Origin: Nageia nagi
Taxonomy: Eukaryota > Plantae > Pinophyta
Direction: 5' to 3'
Assembly: GCA_050084985.1 (NCBI GenBank)
Contig: JBITNC010000001.1
Location: 13,206,001 to 13,270,000, forward strand
DNA: 64,000 nt
Each line of letters opens with the position of its first letter. The first letter of the stretch is position 1. The notes below the pieces were generated by a model, which was not told the DNA's origin, ran no database searches, and worked only from the letters and a program-made list of their open reading frames with translations. Of this stretch, positions 27,401-40,194 are shown one piece after another. The translations under genes were made by a program, and so were the position numbers.

Positions 27401-29211
27401 GCTAGAAAAAGAAGATCAAATAGGTGGCTAGAAGCAAAGGAATTTAGTGAATATCCAACAACTACCTAGGGGAATGAATATCAACATGATTGTGAATAAG
27501 CCAACAAAGTTTCCATGATAGACTACATGTTCTAGAGCACCTCATATGCATCTAAAAATTAGAAAGTGATAGCTCATTTGAGCCAAAAGTCAACAAAAAG
27601 TTTATTTTATTCACTCTTCACCCGCTAAACCTAGCTCCACATTAAGATTTTTAACATGTTACCTTCTATGCTCCCTAGCTGCTTGGACATGTGTGCAAAC
27701 TATAAGAAACTATTTTATAGGGTTGTCACTTCTTTTCAAAATACAAATTCTATCAATCCCATGTTGCCAATGACATCCAACTCATAAAATTGGTGACCAA
27801 TTCAACACCTGATGATTAAGAATGGTAAGAATATTAAAACACATAATTTACATTATGCATTGGTGTGGAAATTGAATACATTTCATTTTTACAATCTATT
27901 AATATTAAATGGACATCGTTAATGATGTTCTTTTTGTAAAATTGGAAAATGCTCTAAGTGCTACAATCAAATTCTTATTCTGATAAATCAAAATAGATGC
28001 ATAACATGAATATTGTATGGGTACAAGGGTGAAATTTTAATTATGGAAATCAAATTTAATTAAATATATGTGCAAATTTTTCATCTTTTCATATGTGCAT
28101 GATTTTGGAATGGTAAATAATTGAATATTCATTTTTCAATACCAATTTGGTGTGCTCTTTTTCTTAAGAATAAATTCATTCATTAACACACTATTAGTGG
28201 CATGCATAGAGAAAAATTATGGGTTCTTTTAAATATCATCCATTCTAGCATAATATTAATGGATCAAAAATATTATGAGTTTTTTATATGGACATATGAT
28301 TTCATGACTGATATGATACAAAACATTGTTTTCAAGTCTCAATTGAATATGATTTGAAAGATATGACTACTCTCATGCCACCAATGTATGTTTAATACAA
28401 ATTGGGGCATGTTACAAAATATTTGAATATGTTTTTGAAAGTGTCAATGCTTCATAAATACACACTTTACTAAAAACAATGAACAAAATTGTAGAAGACA
28501 TGATTGAAAAATTCCATGCATATCATGTCATCAATGACATAAGTTTACTTCAAAAATTAATGCAATATGCAATGTTGAAATGTAAGGCAAATGAATATTT
28601 AAATATTTGGTATGGAAATCATATGCTATTATTCACTATTATGCTAACATATGTTTTCAAGGCCATGGTCACTCCATGAGAAAATCTCTTATTTATGATA
28701 GGTTATTCCAAGCCTGAGTCATTAAAAGTTCTCATCATATTGATAGTCATGGATGTTAAAAGTATGGGGTATCAAAAAGGGCCTTATGAGCTTGATCTTC
28801 ATAGACTATGAGTTGCAATCATAGTAGTCTATATATCATGGTTTATAGAACTACAAGTCACATAAACCATAGTGATATAATGAATATTATATTAATCCCA
28901 TCCCTTCTCTTTAAATTGATTATTCTTTAATAGGATGTGATCTATGTGGGTATTATATTGGTTTGCTCTTTAGGTATTATTGAGGTGAGTAGGATTCATA
29001 TAAATTGCTCTCCTCATATAGGGACTCCAATATTTGGCTTGCTTACCAAAAGAAACATGAGAAAGAGGCAACCAAGACCAAAAGGGGGAAAACAATATAT
29101 CATAATCAACATATTGATTGAAAAAGGAAAGTCCACTTTACTATTGAAAATTTTCTTCTCTTCTTTAGACTTCTTTGGATTATGCAATTTCAATGCTTTT
29201 CATTTCATATC

Positions 29212-29226
29212 AAAAGAGGAGGAAAA
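29212..29226 (+). promoter_or_regulatory. Polypurine tract
   Basis: AAAAGAGGAGGAAAA directly before the TG of the 3' LTR. Confidence 0.88.
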
Positions 29227-29958
29227 TGTAAATGTCTAAAAATGATTTATTATTTATTTAATAAATAATATTTATACTTATTAAATGATTAATATCAATA
29301 ATACATATATCAAGATAAAGTTGATATTACAATGCTATACCATGTTCTAGGACCAATGTAATATCATTTATCATGGTTCATATTTTAATTAATCTTGAAT
29401 GCAACAAAGATTATTATTGTTATTGGGAGTTGAACTCATTCTTGTTTATGTCCTTTGTAGGCTATAAATATAGGTGGAATATGTTGATTTCCATATATCA
29501 AAACTATTTGATATAATAAAAACTTTGATAGGTGGTTTTCTATTGTAATGGTGTCTCTAGATGTCACGTATCATGAGAATTTGTTATACTTTGAGATCTG
29601 GACTTTCTATCTTTAGCACACATCATAATTTGACACATTCCATGTATTTAGTGGTGTTTTGGTCCTACACCAATAGTGGTGTGCTCCTTATAGATCAAGA
29701 GTTCTAGATTTCAGTGGTTGAATCATTGCTTCATATTTACAAAGATATGTCATGAGATCATCCCAAATTCAATCCGAATCCTCCAAATATTCATTAATAC
29801 TTATTTCTTGATGATTGTACATGCACTTCATATTAGGTTCATGTGTTTCATGTATATCTATTGTAATCTGATATAGAGTATTTAGTCTATTCAGTTGTAT
29901 AATGTAGATCATTTATTTAATTATGTTTATTCACATTATTCATAATTTGATGTCTATA
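29227..29958 (+). repeat. 3' LTR of the gag-PMD element
   Basis: Colinear with 21735-22469. Confidence 0.92.
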
Positions 29959-29963
29959 GTAAC

Positions 29964-32900
29964 TACACATATGTCATGGGATAAATTGGAATCTTTATTT
30001 GGTAAATTGACACAATAAGGGTCATGCAAATTTATGCTCAACTTACTGCATTATCTCCTGATGACTATTCCACTATGGTTGATTATCTCATTAAATTTAA
30101 GGAGCTGTACACACAAACGTTGGGTAGTGGTAAAAAGAAGAGAGAGGAAGAATGAATTTTTTTTATTTTATCAAAACTAAAAGGCCCATTTCATGTATTT
30201 TCTTATACATTCCTCTCTATAATGGATGCTATGGGTGATAAATTCACAATGCCTAATTTAGAAGAATTTTGTGAATGTTTTACAAGGGAAGATACTAAAA
30301 TTTCAACTCTTGAGACATTTTCATCTTCATATAAAGCATTAACAACATCTAAAGGTAAATACAAGCCCAAGCCTAAACCTAAGTCCACTACACCACGTAT
30401 TGCTCCAAAAATTCATGACTCCAAACCCAATCAAGAGAAAGAGAAGCCTACTTGTTCTTATTGTAGGAAGCTTGGTCATGTCATTGAAAAATGTTACAAA
30501 AAGATAAAAGATGATAAAAGAAGAAAAAATATAAAACTTATTATGTATTAGAAAGGCTTTGAATGTTCATAGGAGAGGACATTCTATTTTAGATAATTAG
30601 GTTATGGATTTAGGTACCACTCATCACATGAATCCATCTAGAGAGTCTTTTGCATCTACTTCTAATTCCAGTATTGAAGTTGATGATTCCTCTCACATTT
30701 GTATGAAGGGGAAAAGGGAAATTATTTTTGGAGGTGGTAATATCCTTGATGTGCTTTTGGTTCTTGATATCTCCACCAACCATCTTTCTATGTATTAGAT
30801 TTGTAATATTGGTATTGGGAGGACTATTCTATTCACACCTTATGGTTTGAGATTCATAGTTTGTTGGAGCCATAGCCACTTCTTTCATGAGATGTTGTTG
30901 ACCATTCATTGAGAATATATCAATTTTAGGGATTTGATGATACTAATTTAGGTATTGATTTGGTTTCTCTTATAGATTCTATGAGTAGACTTTTGCATGA
31001 GAGGATTGGGCACCTCAACTATAGGTATTTATAGCAATTGCATTCTCATGACATGATCTTTGGCTTGCCTAAGGTGTCCTTTTATGATGGTGTTTTCCTT
31101 GGTTATGTCCTTGGTAAGTAATATTAATACACTTTTCCAAAAGGTAAATATCATTATGCATCTTCTCTTTTGGAGTTGGTTGATGATGACTTGATGATTT
31201 TTCTACACCCATCCTTTACAAGAGCTTGGTATGTACTGACTTTCCTTAATAATTTCTCAAGAAATACTCAAGTGTATTTTCTCAAGTATAAGATTGATGT
31301 ATTTTCTCACTTCAAATTCTTTAAGGCTTTGGTCGAGAATCATATTCCAATTGCATCAAGAAGCTTTGCACAGACAATGGGGGGTGTATGTTAGCATAAA
31401 GTTTTTAGAGTTCCTTGAGAAGCATGATATAATTTATAGGCATTATTTCCCTCACAAACCACTATATAATGAAGTTACAAAAAGAAAGAACATAACACTA
31501 AATAATATGGCCAATTGTATGATGCATTATAGATACTTGCCTCCTATTTTTCTAGTAGAGGAATTTAATTATGCAAACTACATCTAGAATTACACTTCCC
31601 ATTGGGAACTTCACCACATGACTCTTGAAGAAGCTTGGAGTGGAATAAATCTAAATGTGTCACACTTTAGAGTGTTTGGTAGTCATGCTTGGGATTTAAT
31701 TCTGAAGACCAAGTGTAAGGTCTTGGATAAGAAGAGCTCAAGCCTCTCATATTTGTTAGCTATAGTAAGGACATGAAGTCGTATCAACTGATTGATCCTA
31801 ATACCCATGATCTCTTTTTTTAGAATGTTTAGTTTGATGAGTACCTTCTTGATCTTTTTTCTTAATATCCTTGCATGGTCTTACCTGACTCCTATAACAC
31901 ATCTTCTAATATATTTTATAACGAGGATATTTCTAAGGTTATTTCTCTCACTATAGCTATTAATCCTCCTACACCTCAACCACCTAAATGGGCTTGCACT
32001 ACACTTGAGGATTCAAACACATTTCATCCAAGATCTCACTTATTTTTTGCACCATTTCACCAGTTCTAATCTAGTTGGTCAAGCACATTCAGGTGATCTA
32101 CATACTTGTTTAGAGACTCATGTCATACTAGATTTGGATGATGCCATGGTAGCTAAGTATTCTTCCTTATTAGAGAATAATATTTGGGAGCTTATTCCTC
32201 TTCCCCATGGTAGGAATATGGTTCATTGTAAATGGGTGTACCAAATAATGCATGTAGCTAATGATTCTATTGAAAAGTATAAGGCCCATCTTGTTTCCAA
32301 GGGGTTCTCATAGGTTGAAGGGATTGACTACTTGAAGACCTTTTCTTCTATGGACAAGATGGATTAAGTTCACTTTATACTTGATCTTGTTGCTACTCAA
32401 ATATGGTAAATATCTTAGATGGATGTGAAGAGTGCCTTTTTTACATGATGATTTGCATGAGGAGATTTATATGGAATAGCCAACCAATTTTTTCCAAGAT
32501 TCCTCACTTGTTTGTAGGCTTAGAAAATCTCTCTATGGCTTGAAATAAGCTCTTCATGTATGGTACAAGAATATGAACTCTTTTCACCTCTATATTGATT
32601 TTGTATGATGTTATTTTGATCCTACAATCTATATCTAGAGATATGAAGTGGACATCACTATTTTGGTGTTGTATGTTGATGACCTTATTCTCACCAACAC
32701 CTCCCACTCTCACATTTAGATAGTTTAGTAGGATCTCTCTAAGATATATGAGATGCAAGACTTTGAACTTTCCCATTACTTTATTAGATTTTAAATGATA
32801 GAAATATTTAGAGATTTCCACATCTCAACAAAAAATATGCCTTGTATCTTCTTCAACGATTGAGGATGGAAGATTGCAATCCTTCTTTGACACCTTTTCA

Positions 32901-33590
32901 AAGTGGGGTGAATTTGACTTCCACTTTCACTTTACCACTATGTGATGCTACTTTGTATAACCAATTATTTGGAAGTTTTCTATACCTCACACATACTTGA
33001 ACAAATATTTCATATGTTTTTGGACTTGTGTCTCATTTTGCACATACCCCTCATGAGTCTCATTAGCAGGTAGCTAAGAGGATTCTTTGATATGTGAGGG
33101 GCACTACCCACTTTAGTTTGTATTACATGAGAGGTGATCTAGTGTTGATTATATATATATATATATTATAATTAGGCTATTTCTTATAATGATCATCATT
33201 CCATTTCTAGCTATGTATTTTATCTTGGTACTTCTCCCATCACTTGGTTGTGTAAGAAGCAATAGGATGTTGCATTATCATCTACTGAGGTAGAGTATAG
33301 GGAAGTTGTTTATGCAAGTTAGAATGCACTTTAGATTTGATAGTTAATGGAAGATTTTGAATTTCCTCAGTCTTGGACCATATTTCTTTGATTTGAAATT
33401 CAAATCATGATCCATATTTTGTGCAATCCTATTGAGCATTAGTGAACAAAACACATTGAGTTCCACATGCACTTCATCCATCAGCACATACAGGATTGCA
33501 TTCTCAAGTTGGGGTACATTCTTACAAAGAAACATATCATGGACATCTTCACTAAATACTTTGCATCACCTCATTTCCTTGAGTTGTGTG
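29964..33590 (+). pseudogene. pol: Copia-2 gag-pol (gag 3' part, PR, INT, RT, RH)
   Basis: Zinc knuckle, MDLGTTHHM, WELIPLPHGRNMVHCKWVY..KYKAHLVSKGFS, LYVDD, KK..VALSSTEVEY. Confidence 0.9.
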
Positions 33591-34759
33591 GTAGGAATTT
33601 TTCCTTGGGGATGTTGATGAGGACATATTACTCTCCATTTTATTTCTTCTACTATGATATGGTTTTTTACCCATGTGGTTTTTTTTTGTCATCTTTCAAT
33701 ATATTATTTGCACATATTGTACATGAGTACATGATCAAGCCTTATTTCTAGGACTCATTTCTATGGATTTGCTACTTACATTACCTCCTTGGTCACTTAA
33801 GGGGGGTGTTAGAGTATAAAGTTCACATAAGAGTATTTTATTATTCTCTTAGGTCTTATTATTTCTAACTAGTTTATTTTTATGATAACCATATCTTTCT
33901 CACTTTGTAAATTTTTCCATTCAAAAATGGTTGGCATTCTTTTGTATACTAATTGTATATTTCCCTAATTATTTGGGTTCTTTTCTCATTTCAATCCAAT
34001 CAGTTTTGGGCATTCCAACTTGTCTCCTTATTTTTGTGGTGATCTTGCATTTTCCTTTCTAGGTTTGATTTTGTTTCCACACACTTTTGGTTATCTTCCT
34101 CCATCATATTTTAATTATATTTTTGGGAAACAAGATGATAAAGAAATTTTAGTTGAGAAAGAAGAGAAATAAGCTGAAAGTTGCATTGATAAAATTAGGT
34201 AAGTTCATTTGAGAGTCCAAGAGCACTTGAAAGAAAGCTAAGGCAAGTACAAGTTGAGACATGATAAGCATTGGATTGACCATAAGTTTCAAGTGGAAGA
34301 TCAAGTTTATATCTTAGAAAATATAGGTTGCAAGGACCAACTAAGAAGTTAAAACCAATTAGGTATGGAGCATTTCATATTATGGAACAAGTTGGTGAGA
34401 ATGAATTTAAGTTGGAGTTACCTCCTTACATGAATATTTATTCAATTGTGAATGTAGAGAACTTGAAGTTATTTTAGCCATCCATACTAATTGAAGACGA
34501 TCATGAAAGGAATAAAATTTTTCCATCAATTAAAGGCTTATTTCCTCAAACTATGAATACATTACTAGAAGATTCAATTTTATAAAAGAAGGTTTGTACT
34601 ACAAGAAGGGGACAACAAGATATTTGGCTAGTTAGATTAAAGGAAACAAGCCTAGCAAATCCAAATAGTATGAGTATAGTATCAAAGTTATGAAATTATT
34701 TCATTATCTCATTCCAAAATAGCTTTTTAGGAATAAAAATCTACACCATTTGAGAGGTG

Positions 34760-36226
34760 TGATCCAAAAAGGATCATTTTTAGAATTTAATTTTAGGAGT
34801 GGAGATTATCACCTTTGGTTTCCATGCTCAAAATTAGACATGTCTTCAAGTTTAGATGCATTAGGTATGAAAAAATGATCTAAATTAGATCATATTAGGT
34901 TAATCTCTATAGGAGTAATACTCATTCTAGAGGTATCTATGCTTGCAAATTGATCAAAGATTGAAATCTGAAGGTGACAAAAACCATTCAATTACCAACT
35001 TAAGTCTACTATTTTTAGGCCATTAACAACCTTTATTTTTATGAGTTAGTAGTGGAGGTTGAAGGGGAATCAGTGGTTCAAATAGCTGAGAGGTTAAAGA
35101 TCATCAACCAACATCTTGGAGATGTTTTCAAGCCTATTTAAAGGTTTGCTACTCTCTTGATTCTTCAATATTAGCTTAGAGAGTTTTGGGATTATAAATA
35201 TTTTAAGGAAGACCAAAAGTCATTCCAAAATTTTTATAGTTTTGAAGTTATTCTTCTTGTTATAGGAGATTGCGATGGTGTTGTAGGAGATGATATTGCT
35301 ATTATTTTGATGGTATTTCTCTATATGCATGTAATATTGTAATGTTTATAGACAATGAGAAGAGAAGGATCCAATTACTTGCTGTATTAGCCCACATTAG
35401 GTGAACCAAGGTAAATGATTATGTTGATCTTATTGTGTATGATTGAGATTGCTAATTTGTATTTTTTACATTATACAATTTTGAATTTATATGCAATTTG
35501 ATGGGTATCATAATGGTGAATAGTTTTTTGTTTGAATATGTAAGTGAGGATCTGAGTATACTATAAGCATCCAATGATTATAGATTAAAAAATAGGACCA
35601 CCAACAATCCATTCTTGTAATATATAGACCATTGACAGTCCATTCCCTATAGCCATTTTCTTGGAGTTTGAATTGATAGGATTAAACTTGGGAGATAGAT
35701 TAATTTATTATTCCATTTATTTTTGAAGGCACTTCATTTCAAGGTTGTTGAATGTTTTTTGATAATTATATGATATTGTTGAAGCATTTATTTGGTAAAT
35801 TGAAGATTCATATCTAATTCAAGGAGATTCAATGATGATTACAAGTTAGAGAAGGAGTTCTCTATTATTTGAAATAATTTATTCCATATATTGATTTGTA
35901 ATCACCATTTGATCCCCATAATAAAGATGAAATATTAAATTAGATGCACTTCCATATTGGGAGGAACTAGTATAAATTTCATTATGTTATCTTATATGCT
36001 TATCATTTTTAATGCTTTTAGTTATTTCCTTTTAGTTTTTTTTTTTCAATTGCAAATTAAATTTCATCAATGAAATATATCAAAAGAGGACTTCCAACAA
36101 CCTTTTCATAACAATTTTAAACTGCCAATGATCCATTTATGAAAAAATTGGATTCCAAAATTTGAATTAGAAATTTAGTATGTGATGAACTTCAAAATAA
36201 CATAGATTAGGAATTTTTATAGATCA
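34760..36226 (+). repeat. CRM-1 3' LTR, interrupted by a solo LTR
   Basis: 1467 bp minus the 712-bp insert and 5-bp TSD gives 750 bp, against 748 bp for the 5' LTR. Confidence 0.9.
34876..35587. mobile_element. Solo LTR with CRM-type termini inside the CRM-1 3' LTR
   Basis: TGATC...AGATTA (GATCA with C>T), flanked by AAAAA/AAAAA, and absent from the 5' LTR. Confidence 0.78.
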
Positions 36227-39200
36227 TCCTTGTGGCATAATAGACAACAACACTAACTCCCTTCCTATTATTGAGTTAAACAAGTAGTACTATGACTACT
36301 AGAGCATAAAAAAGTAGATCTTAAAGATGAAAAAAGGTATTTGGAATATTGTTGAAGATGGATACAATGAACCAACTGATTAGAATCTAGTTGTAGTTGT
36401 AAATATGAAAATTAAGAAGGAATCATAGAAGAAATTTTATTTATCTTTTATCATATTTAATTGTATGAGAACATATTTCCTATAATATTTAGCTATAAGA
36501 AAATTGAAGATACATATAAATATTTCAACGAAGGTTACGATGGGAGTGACCAAGTTAAGGAAGTGAAGTTTATGGAATTTGAGAATAGATTTTGAAAATA
36601 AAAAAATAAAATAAGTTGATAATGTTAGTGATTATTATGTGAGGATGAAGATTGTTGTTAACAAAATAACAACTCTTGATGAGAAGATGAAAAAAGAGGT
36701 TATTGTTAAAAAGGTTTTGAGAACCCCATCCTAAAATGGAGCCATGTGACCATTATTATTAAAGAGACTAAGGATTTATCCACTCTTAAATTTGATCAGT
36801 TAATAGGATCTCTTATGTCTCATGGGAGGCTAAGAGAAAGAATTATTGGAGCTAATGAGAAGGCATTCTTTTATAAGAGTAATGTAGCAAGGTCTAGTGG
36901 GAAAGCTAAAGGACATGCCTAAGGAAGGGGAAAAATTTAAAATTCTTAACTAAAGTTCTCCTAAAGGAAGAGCTAGTGCAATAGGTAGAGGAAGAGGTAG
37001 TTTTGATAAGAGAAACATACATTGTTATCATTGTAACAAATATGGCCATTTTGAAAGAGAATGTAAGTTGAAGGCTAGTAATGAAGGAAAGAAATCCAAC
37101 TAAGTTAATGAGGAAGAGGCTACCAATAAAAATTTATTTTTATGCTAAAAAAAGATTGATAAAAATATTTAAGAGACTTGGATAATTTATTGGGGGTATT
37201 CCAATCATATTATTGGTAAGGGAGAATTATAATATTCTATGGATCATTCCTTCAAATCCAACACCAAGCTTAGAGATGATAAATGCTTAGAGGTGATTAA
37301 TAAAGGTGTAATAGAGGTGAACATAAAATAAGGTAAGAGGCATGTTCATGATATAAATTACATACCTCATCTTAAGCATAATTTGTTGAGTGTAGTGAAG
37401 CTATGTGAAAATAAATACAAGGTGGTTTTTGATAAAAAGTAATATGTTTTTATGATAAGAATAATGGTAGCATGATTTTTAATATGATCCTTATGAAAAA
37501 AATATGTTATTTCCTTTAAATTGTGGCATCTTAGGTATGGCCACTCAAATTTTTCAAGTTTGAGACTACTCACTTATCAAGAGATGGTTTATGTTTTGCC
37601 AAAGGTAGATGAAGATAAAGGGTTTTATGAAGGGTATGCATTGGGAAAGCATGTAAGACATAATTTTCCTAATAGTTTAATTAGTTCATTCTAATATTTG
37701 TGGGCCTATGTATACTAATATTTTGGGTAAGAATTCATATTTTCTTACATCTATTGATGAAACATATGATTATCTTAAGAAATTTAAAAATATTGTTGAG
37801 CCTTAGAGTGGTTGCAGACTTAAATATTTAAGGATTGACTATGGTAATGAGTTTTTCTCTAATGAGTTTGTACATTAGGAAAATGAAGGTCGCATGCATG
37901 GGACATAACATAAGATAGAAAATATACAAACATACAACATCCTCTGGTGGAACTCAAATCATAACACTTTTAGTCATATATTGTTAATTTTTACAATTTA
38001 CCAAAGGAATTACGGGGTGTATACAACATAAAAATATCTTCAAGCATAGGTTTTCAAGTGATCTTCTTTGCATCAATCCTCATGATTTATTTCTCCTTTC
38101 TTGTAGTTATCCTACAATACAAAATAAGTAGCTACACACATAAAAATAATAAACATATTAGAAGCACATGTTTATGTAATAATCAAATCAATATGAAACA
38201 TAAATTTAAACATGCAAAGAAATAAACTCAAACTCATTGTAATGCTTCACAAGTTTCTATCTAAATTTCAACAACATAACATTATGATATTTGAGACGAG
38301 AGATAAAATAATGCATTAGCTTGTACTTATAGAAGATCTAGAGAAATTAGAATTTTAGTATTATTTTAATTTCCTAATTTTCATGTGTTCTTTTCATGGA
38401 GTTAATTATAATGTTGAGGTGTGATCTATCTAAAATTAACATAATGACCTTGAGATGACTTAAGAGACTCATTTCCTTCTTTGATTCATGTGATAATTCC
38501 AATGTACCCTTGCATGCATATTCTTAGTGAAATCATGAAACAAATGGGAATATATTTCATTTTTTTCTATTTTTAGAGTGTTTTTCTATCATATGCAATT
38601 TAACAAGATCATGTGCATTCATAAATGATCACTTGCGTTCTTACCAATACCATATATGATTTGTTATAGACACTTTCTTATTTTATATGCCTATTTAATT
38701 TATTCCTTTTTGTTGCTCCAACTTACTACATGCATTTGTGTTATATTTTTGGAATTCAACTAAGATTGTCTTTCACACTTTATTAGGTAGTATTTCACGC
38801 TTTTTAGGTGGTGTTGCGCTTAGCATAAACATGCCTATTTTAGGTGTCTACATTTTCCTCTCTTTTGAATTGTATGATGAAGACAATATGGTCAAAAATG
38901 GACTATTAAAAAACTAACAAATGTTGATTGATGAACTAAGAGTTTTTTTGCACAAGTATTTTATACCTTGTAGCTTCATAATTTTTGCACAAGTATTTTA
39001 TGCCTTGTAACTTCTTTGGCTAATAGGGATGACATTAGGCTTCAAATTTCTTTTCAAACAATCATAGTTTCCCTAATTATAATCACTCATGAGGATTTTT
39101 TATTTTTGTAATTAATGATAAATAAAGCATATAGGGGTTTTGAATATATGGGTTCTTTATTGAGATCAATATATATCTCGTGAGGTACTTTGCACTCATG

Positions 39201-40194
39201 ATATCCTATATCTAGAAGCATTTTCATTAAGATATTTGTATCCATTAAAACATTATCAAGTTTTTAATTTTGTGACTTCTTTATTGATGCCCCAAAAAGG
39301 ATGAGTGGATGATAGTCTTTTATAAATATCCTTAAGGTCATAAGTTGTTCATAATTAGTGTTTCTTAGATTCTTTAAATTTCAATTTTAAGTCTAATGTA
39401 ATCTTACTCAATCATAAAGGCAATGAGAAGTACATACATGGAAACAATGGTGGATAAAATAATGTGATGAATGGAAAAACATAAGGTTGCAATGATGTTA
39501 AGTGACCACATGCAATTTTGACTAATCATCGACCTTCATATAATGAATTCCTAGGACAAAACACTAGTGAAACAAAATCAAAGGGACTAATCTTACTTGT
39601 TTTGACTTATCAGGGAGTGTGAATGTATATTTTGATCCCAATTTATGATTGGTGGATCTATAGAAACTAATTATGAATGTTTCTATTCAACTTAGAGCTA
39701 GCAAGGATGCCATCTAGATGAAGAGAACCACCACAAAGGTGATGGTCTATCTTTGATAAGGTAGGGTGTTGGAAAACCCTCATTATTTTATTTAAAATAA
39801 ATAAGCAAGTAAAATTGTAAAATAATTGCATACAAATATACATTAGTAACTATATTAAGCAAATAAAGCTAATAAGAAACTTTGTAATGGTGAAAGTTAA
39901 AGTATTTTAATTTTTTAGTTTGTCAAAAATCATGGTCATTGGCCTGGGCCACATGAGATAGAATCATCGATGATTTAGCAAAATTGCAACCATTTGTAGA
40001 GATATCACAAGGTTTTAGGGTGTATCATGAGTGATTATGTGATTGCATGTAATCTTATTAGTGATAAATCAAGGTCATCGATGATTTCCATATAACACTA
40101 ATGATCATAGTTGCTTAGGTGTTTTTTACCTCAATATTATATCCAAATGAAGTAAAGGTTGAGGATAATATTTTTGTGTAGGTTTTGGAGGAAT

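Larger units (their letters stand above)
21735..29958 (+). mobile_element. Non-autonomous Tat-lineage LTR element (gag only, no pol) carrying an antisense PMD gene; inserted in Copia-2 gag
   Basis: About 730-bp LTRs 21735-22469 and 29227-29958. TSD GTAAT/GTAAC, PBS 22473, PPT 29212-29226. The host gag reads through when it is removed (SLWFHIDNV|TTHMSWDKLESLFGK). Confidence 0.92.
19882..34083 (+). mobile_element. Copia-2: Ty1/copia inserted in the CRM-1 integrase; LTRs about 19882-20159 and 33807-34083
   Basis: About 277-bp direct repeats, PPT TTAAGGGGGG before 33807. gag is split at 21734/29964. CSYCRKLGHVIEKC, HERIGHLN, integrase core, RT LYVDD (about 32670) and RNase H are present. Confidence 0.9.
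15127..36226 (+). mobile_element. CRM-1: CRM-clade Ty3/gypsy chromovirus, full length, pseudogenised, with nested insertions
   Basis: LTRs 15127-15874 and 34760-36226 with TGAT...ATCA termini. Exact 5-bp TSD TCCTT (15122-15126, 36227-36231). PBS TGGTATCAGA at 15877. gag, HPHPYPLGW, RT YLDD, RH, INT and a C-terminal chromodomain-like tail are present. Confidence 0.93.
14590..37868 (+). mobile_element. Copia-1 (outermost host element, discontinuous): 5' LTR ending 15071, PBS-like 15074, leader split by CRM-1, gag-PR-INT 36232-37868, cut by the Tat element; LTR start uncertain
   Basis: ...TTTCTCA-TT-TGGTAT. After the CRM-1 TSD: YDY.S, KGIWNIVEDGYNEP, zinc knuckle CYHCNKYGHFEREC (37023), LKHNLLSV, LWHLRYGH, and RIDYGNEFFSNEF ending at 37869. 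Confidence 0.75.
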
